Positions 61,715 through 64,000 of a stretch of 64,000 bases of DNA are shown in pieces. Under the pieces are notes generated by a model. The model searched no databases. It was not told the DNA's origin and saw only the letters and a program-made list of their open reading frames with translations. Made by a program: the position numbers and the translations under genes. The stretch is from the NCBI GenBank assembly GCA_043228905.1, contig JBHGNT010000007.1, positions 21,886,001-21,950,000 of the forward strand. The letters are read 5' to 3'. This stretch comes from Azolla caroliniana (lineage: Eukaryota > Plantae > Polypodiophyta). The first letter of the stretch is position 1. Each line of letters opens with the position of its first letter.

Positions 61715-63052
61715 GCAAATTGTGTAAAATTGATCTTGTTAGTGTTTGTTTCTTCGGCTTGTAAATTTCATTCATGGAGGCTCTAATGGACCTCTGATTA
61801 TATGTGGGATGATGCCTTATGTTACCAATCATTAAGCTAATCTTATATGATGCAATGAGCTCAGTAAAAACAGCTCACTCTTGAATGCCTTTGATTTAGC
61901 GGATATATAATTTATCGATGAAATCTGTCCATTCATGCAATTGTTTTGTTGTATGAGTATTTGAGTTTGATTCTAAACCTCATTGTTAAAAGTTTAGTTA
62001 CAAAAGGAAGATAGCAATTTTGGATTATTGAGCTCCCAAGCTTGAGAATGGGCCCATGTCCATATGCTTAGGATGCATTACATACATGTTTGGTCTATGT
62101 TATGGCTCATCTGAAGGTTAAGATCCAAAGGAAACATTATCTATCAGAACAAGGGCTCTTATGTCAAAGAAACTTTATACATTTGATGGAATGAGAGTCC
62201 TCATGCCTGAATTTTGAACCTAGGATCTTGTGTGATTAGTCTAATAGCTTATTACTGTAACAAAAATAAGAAGAAACCATACCCATGGAAATGCTTCTCT
62301 AGTTCATGGACTACCCAGCCAAGTCCATGGACATATCCATCTTCATAGATCAAGACCAAACTTGGTTATTGGAATCTTTGCTGTTCCAAAGAACTGTCCT
62401 ATTTTGGGTAATCATCTGATCTCCAATTACTTGAAATCTGTTACTGACTGATTCAGGCTATGTCTTAGCAGTAAGATTGTGTTAATTTGCATGCTTATGA
62501 ACAATGCCGACCCGAACAATTGCACATGTTTATTGCATGGGTTGGACATTTTGTGTCTAAGCACATGAGTGTGGTCTTGTTTCAGATAATACATTTGTAT
62601 GCAATTCTTTAATCACCGAGTTATAATAGCCACTTTGAGACCATTGGCTCCCAACCTATGGCGAGGGCCGATGTTTGATACTAAAGCTTACGCATACATT
62701 TGTTTTTATGTGATTTCTTGTGCAAAGGTTAAGATCCAAAGGAAACACTATCTATTAGAGTTAAAAGGGTTTCTATTGCAAAACAAATTTATGTACATTT
62801 CATGGATTGAGAAACCTTCTGCCTTTACTTTAAATAGATGATCTCAAGTATATTTACATACTCCCTCAAATTGCAGCAAAAAAAGGAACAATATACTTCC
62901 AATTTTAAAAAATTTACCATTCCTCTAGGATACCATTATCATTGATTGTGTGCTCAAGTTTGATTCCCAGGTTATTAACTATCTGAAAGTTACATTTGTC
63001 GGAAATGTTTGGCGAAAAAAATGCCATTTTTTTTCGCCATCCTTGCAAGCCC

Positions 63053-63906
63053 TTACATTGTAACCCCCTTCATAAGATCTAGAATAATGCTTTCCATAGC
63101 AAGATTGGATGTGCCACCTTGTTGAATAGCTTGATGAGAACATATCTTCCATCTAGAGGCCCTTTCTTTGATGTCGTCGGACCGCATAAGAGTAACGATA
63201 CCTTTCTCGACCTCATCTCCCACTATCCCACCATCCTTGAACCCCTTGGACAAACTTACCCCAAGTTTCCACACATCTTCTACCAACAATGCATTCAAAT
63301 GTTGGTCTCCAAATACAGGGAAGCATAGCATGGGAACACCCGCGTGAATGCTTTCCAATGTTGAATTCCATCCGCAATGTGTCAAGAAACCTCCGACCGA
63401 TGGGTGGCTTAGTACACGAAGCTGAGGAGCCCATTTGATGACTAGGCCACGCGCATATGTCCGCTCTATGAATCCTTCCGGGATACTTGTAATGCTATCC
63501 CGGACAACCCATAGAAATGGCTGTTTACTCGCTTCCACACCAGAAGCAAGCTCGTGTATTTGGTCTTGTGCCAAAGATACGACACTACCGAATGAAATGT
63601 AGATTACGGAACCGGGCTCTTGTTTATCGAGCCAATTTAGGGACTCGGTTTCTTCTCGGAAGAAATTCGCGCTAATTGTGGCATTGTTCTCGAGAGGAGG
63701 AGGTGCCAAGGGACCTATATATCGCATGGGGGTTTCACACATAGTTGCTTTTAAGCTAGAATCCTCGAGCTCTTCGAATGTGTTGACCACGATGCATGTA
63801 GTCTTCTCGATCCCATCGAGACGGGCCTTGAAACTTGAAAAGAGTGTCGGATCGCGAAATATGGGTGTTGAAGTTAGAAACCGCAGTGCGTTCAACTTCA
63901 CACCTC
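63053..63906 (-). CDS. UDP-glycosyltransferase (family 1), last exon; 5' exon lies outside the window
   Basis: NTFEELE, IGPL, WLDKQEPGSVIYISFGS and a complete PSPG box WAPQLRVLSHPSVGGFLTHCGWNSTLESIHAGVPMLCFPVFGDQ; pyrimidine-rich ..GGACAG acceptor at 63907-63908. Confidence 0.93.
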
Positions 63907-64000
63907 CTGTCCAAAAACAAAATAGAAGATGGATAATTCCATTGTGGTTTTGTTATAGAATGAGTGTAACCATGGCAAAGAGAGGATATTCACCTAGAAC

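Overview
Eukaryotic nuclear DNA from a land plant with flagellated sperm, most likely a fern (inferred from a CFAP61 cilia gene, a PLS-type PPR fragment, GT-AG introns and (CT)n microsatellites). There are four host genes: CFAP61 (5' part, minus strand), a PWI-like/RRM RNA-binding protein (At3g12640-like, plus), an intronless SMI1/KNR4(SUKH)-like protein with a large D/G/H/Q-rich insert (plus), and the last exon of a UDP-glycosyltransferase (minus). They sit among nested transposons. (1) An intact RTEX-like LINE lies inside a hAT-type MITE in CFAP61 intron 3. (2) A chromovirus Ty3/gypsy with identical LTRs lies inside a decayed Mutator transposase. (3) A decayed Ty1/copia carries a nested solo LTR. 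(4) An intact hAT element has perfect TIRs and TSD. Two observations stand out. The LINE's ORF1 and ORF2 are in the same frame, separated by one TAG (AAA-TAG-GGA), and ORF2 has no usable AUG, which suggests programmed stop-codon readthrough. The autonomous hAT carries an apparently captured antisense exon encoding a prion-like [S/G]YGQ domain. All calls were made by eye; no database searches were run.
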